Assembly (NCBI GenBank): GCA_965263355.1
Contig: CBDHHL010000032.1
Span: 416,001 to 480,000, forward strand
DNA: 64,000 bases
Reading direction: 5' to 3'
Source: Leptolyngbyaceae cyanobacterium
GTDB lineage: Bacteria > Cyanobacteriota > Cyanobacteriia > Phormidesmidales > Phormidesmidaceae
A program made the position numbers and the translations under genes. The notes beneath the pieces were generated by a model that was not told the DNA's origin, did not search any database, and saw nothing but the letters and a program-made list of their open reading frames with translations. Of the stretch, positions 30,552-41,117 are shown piece by piece; position 1 is the first letter of the stretch; each line of letters starts with the position of its first letter.

Positions 30552-32645
30552 CTAACGTCGCTGACGATACCGTCGATACATTAAAAGACTGCTGCTGGCC
30601 AGGGTAAAGGCAGCTATGGGCGCAACCACTGGTACCCAAGCATTGGTTAAAAAGAATAGGACAGTGATTCCTGCGATCGCAACGACCCCCACACCATAGG
30701 CCATCACCAAATATCGACGTTTACGCAGCTGCCAGGTTAACAGGCTACCGCCGCTAGCCCATAGAATCACCCAGCCAATTTCTAGGCTGTCAGACCAGGC
30801 CCACGGTAGGGGATAGCCATCTAAAACAGCGCTGAGAAATTGACTTACCATGTGCAAGTGCACCTCCACTCCTGACATTTGGTACTTGTCGCTACTGATA
30901 TCGCTACGTAGGGTGTAAGGGGTAAAAAACTTATCAGTGCTGGTGTAGGCTGTGGTACCTATCAGCACCACTTTATTGGTAATCAACTTGGGATCAACAC
31001 CATTATTTAGAATGTCTGTCAGGGAGACTTGCTCAGCCACTTTAGTGGGGGAGCGATAGGTAATTGGGATCTGGTGCCCCATGGAATCAGCGGCCTGATA
31101 GCCCCCAAAGGTAGGACCCATTTCCCGAAAGCCCACATCACCGATGGCCATAAATTCAGTCTCTACAAGGCTGTCGGAGGATTGTAAATTATGCTGTTCA
31201 TATAAGTAGTGTAGGGCTACCAGGAGACCAAATGAGGTATACACGTCAGCGTTTGGCTCAGTACTGTCACTGGCAAACAAAAGATTGCGACGGATTTTAC
31301 CGTCTGGATCTAGGGGAAAGTCGTTAAAACTGACCTGGGCAGGATTTAACTCTGGTGGTGGTGGGATTCTTTCCCCTTCAAAGTCACCAAGCTTGGTAAT
31401 GCCGATAATATTATCAGCAGCTAAACTGCGAGCTAATGCTGCTCTGCCCTCTCCTACTGGGAAATTGCGATGTAGGTCCAAACCAATGGTCGTTGGATTA
31501 TGGCTTTGAATAATCTCAATAGCGTCGGCAATTGACTGGTCAGACGGACTATCACTTTGTTGATTGTTGAGATCTTGTTCGTTAATGCCAACCAGCAAGA
31601 TCCGGGGGTCTGGTCCTAGATCGCGCTGGTAAGCTACTAGCCCGTCATATACCCTGAGTTCTAAGGGGACCAAGGCACCCAGCTGGCGGAGCCCTAAAAT
31701 CAAGGCACTGGTAAAGGCGGTTGCGATCGCAACCGCCCGAATACTTTCCCTACGTGTGGGCTGCCATACCGTTGCCTGGGGCAAAAACGTCTCAGCCATG
31801 GTTAACTGATCGGCTTTCTCAGCCAGTTCATCTAAACGGCCTAAATCATGCAGTACCTCTGCAACAGATTGATAGCGTTGATAGAAATAATGGCGCACCA
31901 TCTTTTTTAGCAAATACCTGAGCCCTGGGCTAACGTTGGCATAGTCCTCCCAACGCAGTTCCAAGGAAGACATATCCTCAGGTAAATCGGTAGGCGAGCG
32001 ACCTGTTAACCCATGGATCGCCGTCATCCCCAAGGCAAAAATATCACTACTCAAACGCGGTTTACCCGCTAACTGTTCACTAGGGGTATATCCTTGAGTC
32101 CCCACCCCTACCGTTAGGCCACTTAATTCACTATTGACGAGTTGGGTGCGGATTTCTTTGACTGCACCAAAGTCAATCAGACAGAGCTTGCCATCATGCC
32201 TGCGCCGAATTAGATTGTCGGGTTTTAGGTCGCGATGAATCACCCGATTGTCATGAACAAATTTTAAGATACTTAGGGTTTCCTGTAATAAGGTGATGAT
32301 CTGCGCTTCGCTCAGGCGACCGGCCCGACGAATTTCATCCCCTAGAGACTCCCCATCAATTAACTCCTGGACCAGATAAAACTCTTGCTGTTCTTCAAAT
32401 GAGTCCAGCAGCTTTGGAATACAGCTATGGGTACCTAACCGTTGGAGGGTAGACACTTCTGTTTCAAACAGTCGTCGGGCCACCTTAAGAAAGGTGACAT
32501 CACTGCTGGCTGGCTTGAGTTGTTTCACCACACAATCAGGGGTGTTGGCCTGAAACAAGTCTCTGGCCACATAGGTCTGACCGAAGCCCCCTGCCCCCAG
32601 TACCCTGACTAACTGGTAGCGTTCCTTAAGAACCTGACCTAACAT
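30552..32645 (-). CDS. Ser/Thr protein kinase with CHASE2 sensor
   Basis: GAGGFG, HRDLKPDN, DFG, then TM, CHASE2 (DPDGKIRR, MSGVEVH) and C-terminal TMs; ATG at 32645 preferred. Confidence 0.9.
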   Translation of the reverse strand: MLGQVLKERYQLVRVLGAGGFGQTYVARDLFQANTPDCVVKQLKPASSDVTFLKVARRLFETEVSTLQRLGTHSCIPKLLDSFEEQQEFYLVQELIDGESLGDEIRRAGRLSEAQIITLLQETLSILKFVHDNRVIHRDLKPDNLIRRRHDGKLCLIDFGAVKEIRTQLVNSELSGLTVGVGTQGYTPSEQLAGKPRLSSDIFALGMTAIHGLTGRSPTDLPEDMSSLELRWEDYANVSPGLRYLLKKMVRHYFYQRYQSVAEVLHDLGRLDELAEKADQLTMAETFLPQATVWQPTRRESIRAVAIATAFTSALILGLRQLGALVPLELRVYDGLVAYQRDLGPDPRILLVGINEQDLNNQQSDSPSDQSIADAIEIIQSHNPTTIGLDLHRNFPVGEGRAALARSLAADNIIGITKLGDFEGERIPPPPELNPAQVSFNDFPLDPDGKIRRNLLFASDSTEPNADVYTSFGLLVALHYLYEQHNLQSSDSLVETEFMAIGDVGFREMGPTFGGYQAADSMGHQIPITYRSPTKVAEQVSLTDILNNGVDPKLITNKVVLIGTTAYTSTDKFFTPYTLRSDISSDKYQMSGVEVHLHMVSQFLSAVLDGYPLPWAWSDSLEIGWVILWASGGSLLTWQLRKRRYLVMAYGVGVVAIAGITVLFFLTNAWVPVVAPIAAFTLASSSLLMYRRYRQRR

Positions 32646-32818
32646 TGGCACTAGCAGTCCCTGAACAGCTTGCTGTAGCAAATATTCCAAGATGATTGGA
32701 TATTTGCACGCCCCACTAGTCAATCATCCATGTAATGCTCATTACTGTCTATTTAACAGTGGGACCAGCATTATAGATAGTGTACCTGGACTCATCACCC
32801 TAGGGTTGTGCCGCTGTT

Positions 32819-35083
32819 TTAACCCATAGGCAATGATTGAATTTTGCTGAGCAAGGTCGGTGGGTTAATGGGTTTAACCAGGTAATCATCAAAACTATCC
32901 ATCGATGGCCCACCTGATGGTTTCCCTTCAGTTTCCATGTCCCTGGCATCCATCAAAGAAATGACTTTAATCCCAGATGTAGCAACATAGCGTTTGAGAT
33001 CATCCACAATATACTTGCTGTTGCCACTGACCAAATGGTGATTGAGAATAATGGCAACCGGTTGCAAAATTTCTACCTGGTGAACAATACGCGAGCCTTC
33101 AATTACCCAAATAACTTGGTAGTTGGCAGCTGTTAGTAAGTCACAGATTAAACTGGCACTACTTTCATCATCTTCCAGCAAGATAATGCGACCAGTAGTG
33201 GGTTCAACACTTTGTAGTGAGTTAGATAAATCGTCTGAGGGCTGGAGCGGAATCCGTACTGTAAACATAGCCCCTTTGCCTGGTGTAGACACCACCTGAA
33301 TAGAGCCATTGTGAAGTTCAATAAGTTGTTTGGTTAGGGCTAATCCTAGGCCGGCACCAGAATACTGGCGTTGACGGGCGGTTTCTAACTGTTTAAAGGT
33401 TTCGAATAGAACCGCCTGCTGAGCTTCCGGAATACCGATGCCCGTATCTTCCACCTGGAACATAACATTCTGCGGATCACGCCAAACCCGTAGGCTAATA
33501 CGTCCATTTGCATCGGTGAATTTGACAGCATTACTGAGTAAATTGGCTAAAATCTGACGTATGCGACGAGGATCAGCTCGAAAATTATCTTCAGCCCCTG
33601 ATAACCGTAAACTTATCCGTAGGTCAACACCTTTAGCTTGAGCTTCTTGACGAAAACTCTCTAAGCTACTGCGAGCCAGATTAGACAATGAGAAATCATT
33701 GATTTCGAGAACAGTTCGTCCAGCTTCAATTTTAGCGACCTCCAGAATGTCGTTAATGACATCTAATAACTGTTCTCCACTACTGTGAATAGTATTGAGG
33801 TAGTCACGCTGCCGAGGGCTAAGATCGCCAAAAGACCAACGTAATAGAGTGGCTGACATCCCGATGATGTAAGTCAGTGGTGTCCGTAGCTCATGGCTCA
33901 TGGTCGCCAAAAACTCACTTTTAGTTTTGTTAGCTGCCTCAGCTGCTATCAGGGCATCCTTCAGGTTCTGAGTGCGATCCTCTACTTGTTCCTCTAGCAT
34001 TAACTTTTGAGACTGAAGCTGATGTTGTAGATCTGTTTGGCGAATCGCGATGGCAAGATGCTCGGCTACACGGACAAGAAAGTTTCCCTCCCACGCTTGC
34101 CAATGACGAAAATGATTGGACACCCCTGTGGACTTGCCAACTTCATCAATACAGTGATGTCCAATTAAGAGTCCCCACAGGGTATCGTCCAGCCATATGG
34201 GTACGACTAGTTGAGAGCCAACACAGGCCTGTTTAAGCTTTTTGATGAAGCAAGGATGCTGTTGATAACGCTCTGTTACATCTTCGATAGCCTGATACTG
34301 TGGCTCACGGGATTGTTTTGCATACCGTCCATGTACCTGGCTATCGATAAAGCATTGGGAATCAGACCAATGCAGGATAGACACTATGTCTGCATTGCCT
34401 CTTGCTTCGTAAGTGATGCAGGGAGAATTCCTACCATCATTATTAGACGGCTGACTCGACTGATTGGGGAGGGGAGGAGGATTGGCTACCTGATAGATAA
34501 ATAATCGATCAAGGCATAGCCATTCACAAACTTCGTTTAGGGTAGATTGAATGAGAGAGGGCAGTGGGTCTAACTGATGTAAACGAGTAATAACACGCTG
34601 AAGAATAGCTGAGGAAGACAGGGTAGGATCTGAAGAAAGCTGCTTTAGACCGCTTACATCCAGCATGAGCTGATGAACCCATTGAATCAGGGTTTGATTG
34701 TTTATGGGGAGATTTGGGGATAGGTTAGTGGCAGCTGCCTGGGCATGTTGCTGTAGTTGTGCCCATGTGATGCGACTATTTTCACTCAAGCAATTCACCA
34801 ACCAAGATGAAGATAAAAACCGTGTAATGATGCTTGGATCAGTACAGAGGCAAACCAAGTAGCTATATCTGCCATCAGGCTGAGCTAAAAGCAAACAACT
34901 GGTTTGTGCTGTTGAAAGCAGTGTAAATTTCTCAATGTCGGCTTCTGCTGGCAGCTCATTTAGATCTTGCTCAGATAGATGATAAATTTCTCCTGTTAAC
35001 AGACAAAAGAGACTTCTACGCACCTGTTCAAAAACATGGTGTGGTATTCGTTGATACTCTAAAGCTGAGGAGATACTAGACAT
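32819..35083 (-). CDS. cikA: Circadian input kinase CikA-like (GAF, His kinase, receiver-like domain)
   Basis: MSHELRTPLTYIIGMSATLLRW H-box, GAF domain, degenerate C-terminal receiver. Confidence 0.85.
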   Translation of the reverse strand: MSSISSALEYQRIPHHVFEQVRRSLFCLLTGEIYHLSEQDLNELPAEADIEKFTLLSTAQTSCLLLAQPDGRYSYLVCLCTDPSIITRFLSSSWLVNCLSENSRITWAQLQQHAQAAATNLSPNLPINNQTLIQWVHQLMLDVSGLKQLSSDPTLSSSAILQRVITRLHQLDPLPSLIQSTLNEVCEWLCLDRLFIYQVANPPPLPNQSSQPSNNDGRNSPCITYEARGNADIVSILHWSDSQCFIDSQVHGRYAKQSREPQYQAIEDVTERYQQHPCFIKKLKQACVGSQLVVPIWLDDTLWGLLIGHHCIDEVGKSTGVSNHFRHWQAWEGNFLVRVAEHLAIAIRQTDLQHQLQSQKLMLEEQVEDRTQNLKDALIAAEAANKTKSEFLATMSHELRTPLTYIIGMSATLLRWSFGDLSPRQRDYLNTIHSSGEQLLDVINDILEVAKIEAGRTVLEINDFSLSNLARSSLESFRQEAQAKGVDLRISLRLSGAEDNFRADPRRIRQILANLLSNAVKFTDANGRISLRVWRDPQNVMFQVEDTGIGIPEAQQAVLFETFKQLETARQRQYSGAGLGLALTKQLIELHNGSIQVVSTPGKGAMFTVRIPLQPSDDLSNSLQSVEPTTGRIILLEDDESSASLICDLLTAANYQVIWVIEGSRIVHQVEILQPVAIILNHHLVSGNSKYIVDDLKRYVATSGIKVISLMDARDMETEGKPSGGPSMDSFDDYLVKPINPPTLLSKIQSLPMG

Positions 35084-35479
35084 AGCTATTGAATATCTTT
35101 ACAAGGGTGGCAAACTAGGTACTATTTTGATGGCTAGACACTCACAAAACATGACAGCCTATAGTGGTCTTCCCGTCAGCACATCTGTTCTGATCATTGT
35201 CACAGTAATTAGGTTTATTTTTTTCTGGATAACGTTCTCAAAGGCGCGAAATACCTCCTTAGTTTTGATAGTATTGTCTAACTAGATACTGTTGTGAAAA
35301 ACAGTAAACATAGTTTGCTGAAAAGTATGTTTTTTAAGGGGGATTTGTCACAAACCCTTAGAGTCTCCAACAAACTTAGCAAACATATCATTTACTTTTA
35401 GAGCAGTTCAATTCCTTAAGAATAAAACCAACATTAGTCTCTAAAGTACTGAGCTGAAAACAAGAGTTTTGACTGGCTA

Positions 35480-35552
35480 TAAACCTTATCCATTTCTAGA
35501 TCTGTGAGTTTCCCGTAGAAGAACTCACAAGTTTCAACCTGGACGCGGTTTA
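35480..35552 (+). repeat. 73-bp dispersed hairpin element, copy A
   Basis: TAAACC...GGTTTA ends; shared core AGAAGAAC..GTTTCAACCTGGACG. Confidence 0.75.
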
Positions 35553-36062
35553 AATAAAAAATATCTTGTTAAAACCTAATCAGTCAGTCTTGATCTGATA
35601 TTGAGTAGTCTAGTGAAATGAACTATGAGGATTGGCCGTAATATAATTTTCAATGTTTATTTAAGATTAGTTTTTATTGATTGTTTCAGTAATCTCTATG
35701 GAAATATGTTGAATGTCAAATTCTTGAAAGTGCTACCATCCTAACTCTGCCGTTTTAAGTTAAGGATGAAACCCTATACTTCTTTCATAATTTCCAGAAA
35801 GCCTGTAGCTCCATTACGGAAATAAACATCGACTATTAATCGACAGCAAAAAATATCGTTGCTTAATCTATGGGAGAGTTGTTCTAGGGAAGACGTAACT
35901 CTAGATGATGTAGTAAGCAACATGACAAGCCCTTAGTTAATTTTATTTTTTTAGTAAAAAACTCAATCGCTCTACTGTCATTGATGAATATATTGTTACA
36001 ATACCCATCAAGTTTTGATGTGGCAGATATGTCAGTCTTCTTAGGGTCTTGGAGGTCCCGCA

Positions 36063-36452
36063 ATGGAACCTATCTCCGCTGAAGTTATCCAGCAGGTGGC
36101 CAATTATTTTAGCGTTCTGAGTGAGCCCATGCGGCTCAAAATTTTGAATCTGCTAGGCAGTGGTGAAAAATGTGTCCAAGAGCTGGTTGATGTTACTGAG
36201 ACTAGTCAGGCAAATGTTTCTAAGCATCTCAAAGTAATGATGCAGGCAGGCATTCTAACTCGACGGACTGAGGGAACATCATCCTTTTATCGGGTGGCGG
36301 ATGATCTAAGTTTTCAGCTGTGTAATTTGGTGTGCGATCGCATTGCCAGTCGGATTGAAGAGCAAGCTAAACATTTTCGTGCCTTCAGCTTTTCAAATCA
36401 AGAAATGAGTGCTCAGGAGGCAAACTCAACTGAAGCTGAAGTTGCAGGTTAA
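36063..36452 (+). CDS. ArsR/SmtB family transcriptional regulator
   Basis: LSEPMRLKIL, SQANVSKHL HTH. Confidence 0.92.
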   Translation: MEPISAEVIQQVANYFSVLSEPMRLKILNLLGSGEKCVQELVDVTETSQANVSKHLKVMMQAGILTRRTEGTSSFYRVADDLSFQLCNLVCDRIASRIEEQAKHFRAFSFSNQEMSAQEANSTEAEVAG

Positions 36453-36462
36453 GTGTAATTTT

Positions 36463-38604
36463 CTAAACGATACTGTAATGGCAGCCTACGGTTGCCCAGT
36501 GAGCTGTACTTAAAGTGTAGCTGTCAGAGTCAGTGCCTAAGTTTTCATAAGTGCATAAGTCGTTTAGCAGAGCTTGCACTAAAGGTAGGGCATTATTCCC
36601 CAGGGTAACTCTTTGATTGCTGGCTGTGTTAGCTACAGACAATAACTCTTGCCAACACTGGGTTAGAGGGCTTGTACTGCACACCAGGTAATTTTCTACC
36701 CTACCCTCAAGATCGTCTACTATCCAGGCATTTTGAAGCGGGAAATTGATTGATTCTCCAGGTGCTAGGGTCAAGGCAGTCTGCAATGAATCAAAGGAGT
36801 CGGGTTGGCCATCGCTGGGAGGAAAAAAGGCTAACATCCGATCACGAGTATCAAACCCTAACAACATTGCATATATGGGCTGATCACTAAAATTCAAGGC
36901 CTGATAACGCAGTTGGGAGCCTTTGGCTAACTCCACAGGTAGGATTTGACGGTTAACCGCCTCCGCTAAGCGACTTTTTGAGGCTTTATCTGAAGCTTGC
37001 CGAGTCTCCTGCTGTAGTAATAGTTTTTCTGTTGCTCCACCAGCTAAGAATAGGTTAAGCCGTACAGCCAAACGGGATGATGCCTGGTTTTCGCTCAATC
37101 GCAATAGCTTCATTGCCAGCATAGTTTTGAGCTGGGGCAAAAGACGACCGACGGCCATTTTGACCGCTTCATCTTGCTTTGCTAGGGTGTCAGCAATTGG
37201 AGCATGGGTGGGGGTGAACAGTCCATAGCCCTGTTTTACGATGGGCATGGCTGTTGTATCTATGGCTGTTTTCTCGTAATGACTTAACTCAGGCTTGCCC
37301 AAGATACAGTCAGCTGGATGGGCATCATCTGTAAACTCTACAAACGATATAGGCGCTAGGGCACTAGTCGCATCTACTCGCTCAATTCTTTCTAGATTTG
37401 AATCGAGGCCGACGATCAGTTTAATGCCTTTAGGCAACACACGTGTAACTTCATAGAGAGGCTGACCCACTGCCCAAGGGGCACCATCTGTCAATTTAAG
37501 TCGACCGGTAAGACCTGATTGCGCTCTCATCATCAGCAAGGGTTCATCGCCATCCAACTGGCGGGCGAACAAAAACTGCTCGCTATACTGCACCACATCT
37601 GCTGGTAAGCCCCCTAGCCAGAGACTAGCTGAACGACCTTCTACTGACGTAATTACCGCGTCTACATAAGGTAAATCAGCTTCTCCATAAATAATATGCT
37701 CATCAGCCGTTTGAGTAGTCCAGTAAGGTGTCTGGTTGGGTACCAACGGTAAAATTGCCTCCTGGGCCCCACGTATCGTCGCTGATAGCTGGGCTGGTAG
37801 TTGAGCATTCCACAGGTAGCGAGTCAGGCCATAGGTAAACAATCCAGCCCCAAAATCAGTCCACCTGCGTTCGATCACAGGTTGGCCGTTGCGGGCTGCC
37901 ATTAACAAATCACCTGGGAAAAATGGAGGTTCTGCACTGGTCTGTAATTGGCCTAACTCTGTAGCCACCGCCTCGGGTAGCTCAGGAAAATCGATTCCTG
38001 GAACCGTCAGTACATCGCTACGCGTTCGAGAGCGATATCCACTGGAAAGGGGATCACTAGGCTGACTGTAGCCAGCATCCACCACCGTAAACACCTGTTT
38101 AGTTTTGAGACGGGCCAAAATTTGCTTTACCCATGACACAGGCAAATCCCTGGACATTGGCTCAGCTGCCGTTGGTAGATAACCATCTACCGGTACCCAA
38201 GTTTTAATCGGTTTATCCTCTAGCAAGAGAGTGCTACCGTAACCACTGAAATGAACAACCACAAAGTCGTTGGCCATTGCTTGTTGGGTCAGTTGGTAAA
38301 GTGCTCCCAAAATAGCGGCCCGAGTTGCTTGGGTATCAACCAAGGTGACAATATTGTTGACAGTAAATCCAAACCTATACATTAGTAACTGACGCTGAAG
38401 CTCAACATCAGTTACGCAGCCTTGTAAAGGTTGACGAGTACCTCCCAATACGCTGCCTGGATATTGATTGATCCCAATCAAAAGGGCAAGTTTGCGACGA
38501 GAAGAGTCTGCCAGCGCCTGTTGCCAGCCAAGTAGTTGGGACTGACTCAGCCCCAATGCTCCTAAAATGACGCCTGTTGTTGACAAAAACTCCCGTCGCT
38601 TCAC
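36463..38604 (-). CDS. Caspase-family (C14) pseudoprotease with Tat-like signal and probable DUF4384
   Basis: KRREFL; KLALLIGINQY; GCVTDVELQ; dyad positions read SGYG and DAGYS. Confidence 0.85.
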   Translation of the reverse strand: MKRREFLSTTGVILGALGLSQSQLLGWQQALADSSRRKLALLIGINQYPGSVLGGTRQPLQGCVTDVELQRQLLMYRFGFTVNNIVTLVDTQATRAAILGALYQLTQQAMANDFVVVHFSGYGSTLLLEDKPIKTWVPVDGYLPTAAEPMSRDLPVSWVKQILARLKTKQVFTVVDAGYSQPSDPLSSGYRSRTRSDVLTVPGIDFPELPEAVATELGQLQTSAEPPFFPGDLLMAARNGQPVIERRWTDFGAGLFTYGLTRYLWNAQLPAQLSATIRGAQEAILPLVPNQTPYWTTQTADEHIIYGEADLPYVDAVITSVEGRSASLWLGGLPADVVQYSEQFLFARQLDGDEPLLMMRAQSGLTGRLKLTDGAPWAVGQPLYEVTRVLPKGIKLIVGLDSNLERIERVDATSALAPISFVEFTDDAHPADCILGKPELSHYEKTAIDTTAMPIVKQGYGLFTPTHAPIADTLAKQDEAVKMAVGRLLPQLKTMLAMKLLRLSENQASSRLAVRLNLFLAGGATEKLLLQQETRQASDKASKSRLAEAVNRQILPVELAKGSQLRYQALNFSDQPIYAMLLGFDTRDRMLAFFPPSDGQPDSFDSLQTALTLAPGESINFPLQNAWIVDDLEGRVENYLVCSTSPLTQCWQELLSVANTASNQRVTLGNNALPLVQALLNDLCTYENLGTDSDSYTLSTAHWATVGCHYSIV

Positions 38605-38625
38605 TCTCTAGTTACTCCATTAGCT

Positions 38626-39792
38626 CTAGGCTTGCATGGCTCGAGCTAGCTCGGCAGCCACTTCTGGACGTGAAAACTCCGGTGGGGGTAACTCGCCACG
38701 ACGCAGCATTTCACGGACCTTAGTACCCGATAAATGAATCCGTTCTTCCTTACTGCTAGGACTAGTCTTGCTAGTTGCCATAGTACCGGTACGGGTGCAG
38801 TAGAAGGCGTGCTCGAACTTCATCGGTGTAATACCCATTTCACCAGGCTCAAACTGGTCAAAGATGTGCTGGGCATCATAAGTACCATAGTAGTCGCCGA
38901 CGCCAGCATGGTCACGACCCACAATAAAGTGAGTACAACCATAGTTCTTACGAATTAAGGCGTGAAAAATTGCCTCGCGAGGACCAGCGTAGCGCATAGC
39001 CGATGGATTAATTGCCAAAATCACCCGCTCTTGAGGGAAATAGTGTTCCATCATGATTTCATAACACCGCATCCGTACATCGGCAGGAATATCATCCTTT
39101 TTAGTTGCACCTACCAGCGGATGTAAGAATAGGCCATCTACCGTTTCCAAAGCACATTTTTGAATGTACTCATGGGCACGGTGGATAGGGTTACGGGTTT
39201 GAAAACCGACCACCGTCTGCCAACCGCGCTCGGCAAACATGGCCCGAGACGCTGTTGGATCAATCTGATACTTGGGGAATAGAGGATGAGGATCACGCTC
39301 TAGTAGCCATACAGGACCTGCCAGATTAATATCTCCCTGGTCGTAGACAACTTTTACACCGGGGTGCTTTTCTTCATCTGTACGATAGACATTGATCGCC
39401 TCTTTTTTCTTATCGTAAGTGTATTTCTCAGTCAATTCGAGAACACCAACATAGCGACCTGTTTTGTCATTAAGACGTACAAATGTACCTTCGTTTAGAG
39501 GGGCCGCAATCTCTTCTGAAACAGATAGAGTGACGGGGACCGACCAAGGTAAACCATTGGCCAGACGCATGTCAGTTACAACTGGCTCATAGTCAGCTTT
39601 GCCCATAAAACCAGTAAGTGGACTAAACCCACCAATGGCAATCATGACTAAATCTGATAAAGCCCGATCATCTAGGGTGATTTGAGGTAAAAAATCAGCT
39701 TTACTTATAAATTCTGCTTTTTGCTCACCAGAGGCTAACCGATCAATGAGTGTACCGCCATGAGCAGCAATAAGACCATTAGTTAATGTCAA
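38626..39792 (-). CDS. sat: Sulfate adenylyltransferase
   Basis: [18 protein letters not shown]. Confidence 0.97.
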   Translation of the reverse strand: MTLTNGLIAAHGGTLIDRLASGEQKAEFISKADFLPQITLDDRALSDLVMIAIGGFSPLTGFMGKADYEPVVTDMRLANGLPWSVPVTLSVSEEIAAPLNEGTFVRLNDKTGRYVGVLELTEKYTYDKKKEAINVYRTDEEKHPGVKVVYDQGDINLAGPVWLLERDPHPLFPKYQIDPTASRAMFAERGWQTVVGFQTRNPIHRAHEYIQKCALETVDGLFLHPLVGATKKDDIPADVRMRCYEIMMEHYFPQERVILAINPSAMRYAGPREAIFHALIRKNYGCTHFIVGRDHAGVGDYYGTYDAQHIFDQFEPGEMGITPMKFEHAFYCTRTGTMATSKTSPSSKEERIHLSGTKVREMLRRGELPPPEFSRPEVAAELARAMQA

Positions 39793-39834
39793 AATGACCT
39801 CTTTTCTTCTATATGGACTGCGTTATTGTTCATC

Positions 39835-39907
39835 TAAACCACGTCCAAGTTGGACCCCGTAGCTTCTTGATCAGAAAAACGACCGTGCTGGACGTGGAAA
39901 AGGTTTA
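39835..39907 (-). repeat. 73-bp dispersed hairpin element, copy B
   Basis: TAAACC/GGTTTA ends and perfect inner inverted repeat CCACGTCCA/TGGACGTGG. Confidence 0.8.
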
Positions 39908-39908
39908 A

Positions 39909-40967
39909 TTAGGCGAACGGTCGAATCAGACCGCCACCGAGCACCCGATCATCACCGTCGTACCATACCGCGGCCTGACCTGGGGTTACACTAAACTGAG
40001 GTTCTTTAAACACAAGCTTTACAGAACCATTGTCTAGCGGTAACACAGTTGCAGCAACGGCTGGGGATCGATAACGAATTTGTACCCTGACCGCAATCGG
40101 TGTATCAGGGACCTCGATTGATACCCAATTCACCCGATCAATAATGCAGTCAGGTTGATGAACACTGTCTCGTTCACCCACAACTACCTGGTTGCGAGCA
40201 ACGTCTAAGGCCACTACATATAAGGGGGCTGGAGCGGCAATGCCTAACCCTTTACGTTGACCAATTGTGTAATGATGAATACCCGTATGTTGACCGAGTA
40301 CCTGGCCATTGGTATCCACAATATCACCGGGTTTAGGGGCTAGATACTTATCTAGAAAGGCTTGCATAGATCCATGTTGCTCAATCAGGCACAGATCCTG
40401 GCTCTCTGGTTTCTCCGCCGTATGGAGACCGAGTTTAGTGGCCATTGCCCGAGTCTGAACTTTGGTTTGATCCCCCAGGGGAAATTGGGTAGCGCCTAGC
40501 TGCTCTTGGGTTAAATCATAGAGAAAATAGGACTGATCCTTCCTTCGATCCACGGCCCGACGCAGCTCGTAGCGATGCGTGTCTGGGTTTTGGGTAATGC
40601 GGGCATAGTGACCAGTGGCAATCCTATCTGCGCCTAGCTCCTGGCGGGCGTACGTCAACATAGGGCCAAATTTGACACTGCGATTGCACTGAGAACAGGG
40701 TAAGGGGGTTACGCCATGGCTATACCCTTCAACCAAATAGTTGATGATTTTTTCTTCAAATAGCTCACGGGTATCAACAACGTGATACGGAATATCTAAA
40801 TCTTCACACAGTCGGGCGGCATCTACCATACCTTCAGAGCAGCATTGCCCTTTTCCCTTCATCAGCCATAGGGTGAGACCGATCACATCTTGCCCCTGCT
40901 GGTGTAGTGTGGCCGCAGCGACCGAACTATCTACGCCCCCAGACAGACCAACAACAACTTTGCCCAT
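39909..40967 (-). CDS. mnmA: tRNA 2-thiouridine synthase
   Basis: SGGVDS, ATGHY, DQSYFL, ESQDLC, PGQAAV. Confidence 0.97.
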   Translation of the reverse strand: MGKVVVGLSGGVDSSVAAATLHQQGQDVIGLTLWLMKGKGQCCSEGMVDAARLCEDLDIPYHVVDTRELFEEKIINYLVEGYSHGVTPLPCSQCNRSVKFGPMLTYARQELGADRIATGHYARITQNPDTHRYELRRAVDRRKDQSYFLYDLTQEQLGATQFPLGDQTKVQTRAMATKLGLHTAEKPESQDLCLIEQHGSMQAFLDKYLAPKPGDIVDTNGQVLGQHTGIHHYTIGQRKGLGIAAPAPLYVVALDVARNQVVVGERDSVHQPDCIIDRVNWVSIEVPDTPIAVRVQIRYRSPAVAATVLPLDNGSVKLVFKEPQFSVTPGQAAVWYDGDDRVLGGGLIRPFA

Positions 40968-41117
40968 AGATGTTTGAATGTATCAAAATGCCATTTCTTA
41001 GGCTAGCATTCCATCTCCAAATCCGTGATGGCTCCCAAGCACTTTTGAGACTGGAAATAGGTTTAGGACTCAAGCCTAGACGACAAATTCCTAAAAGTTA
41101 CATCAAGCAATACGGTC

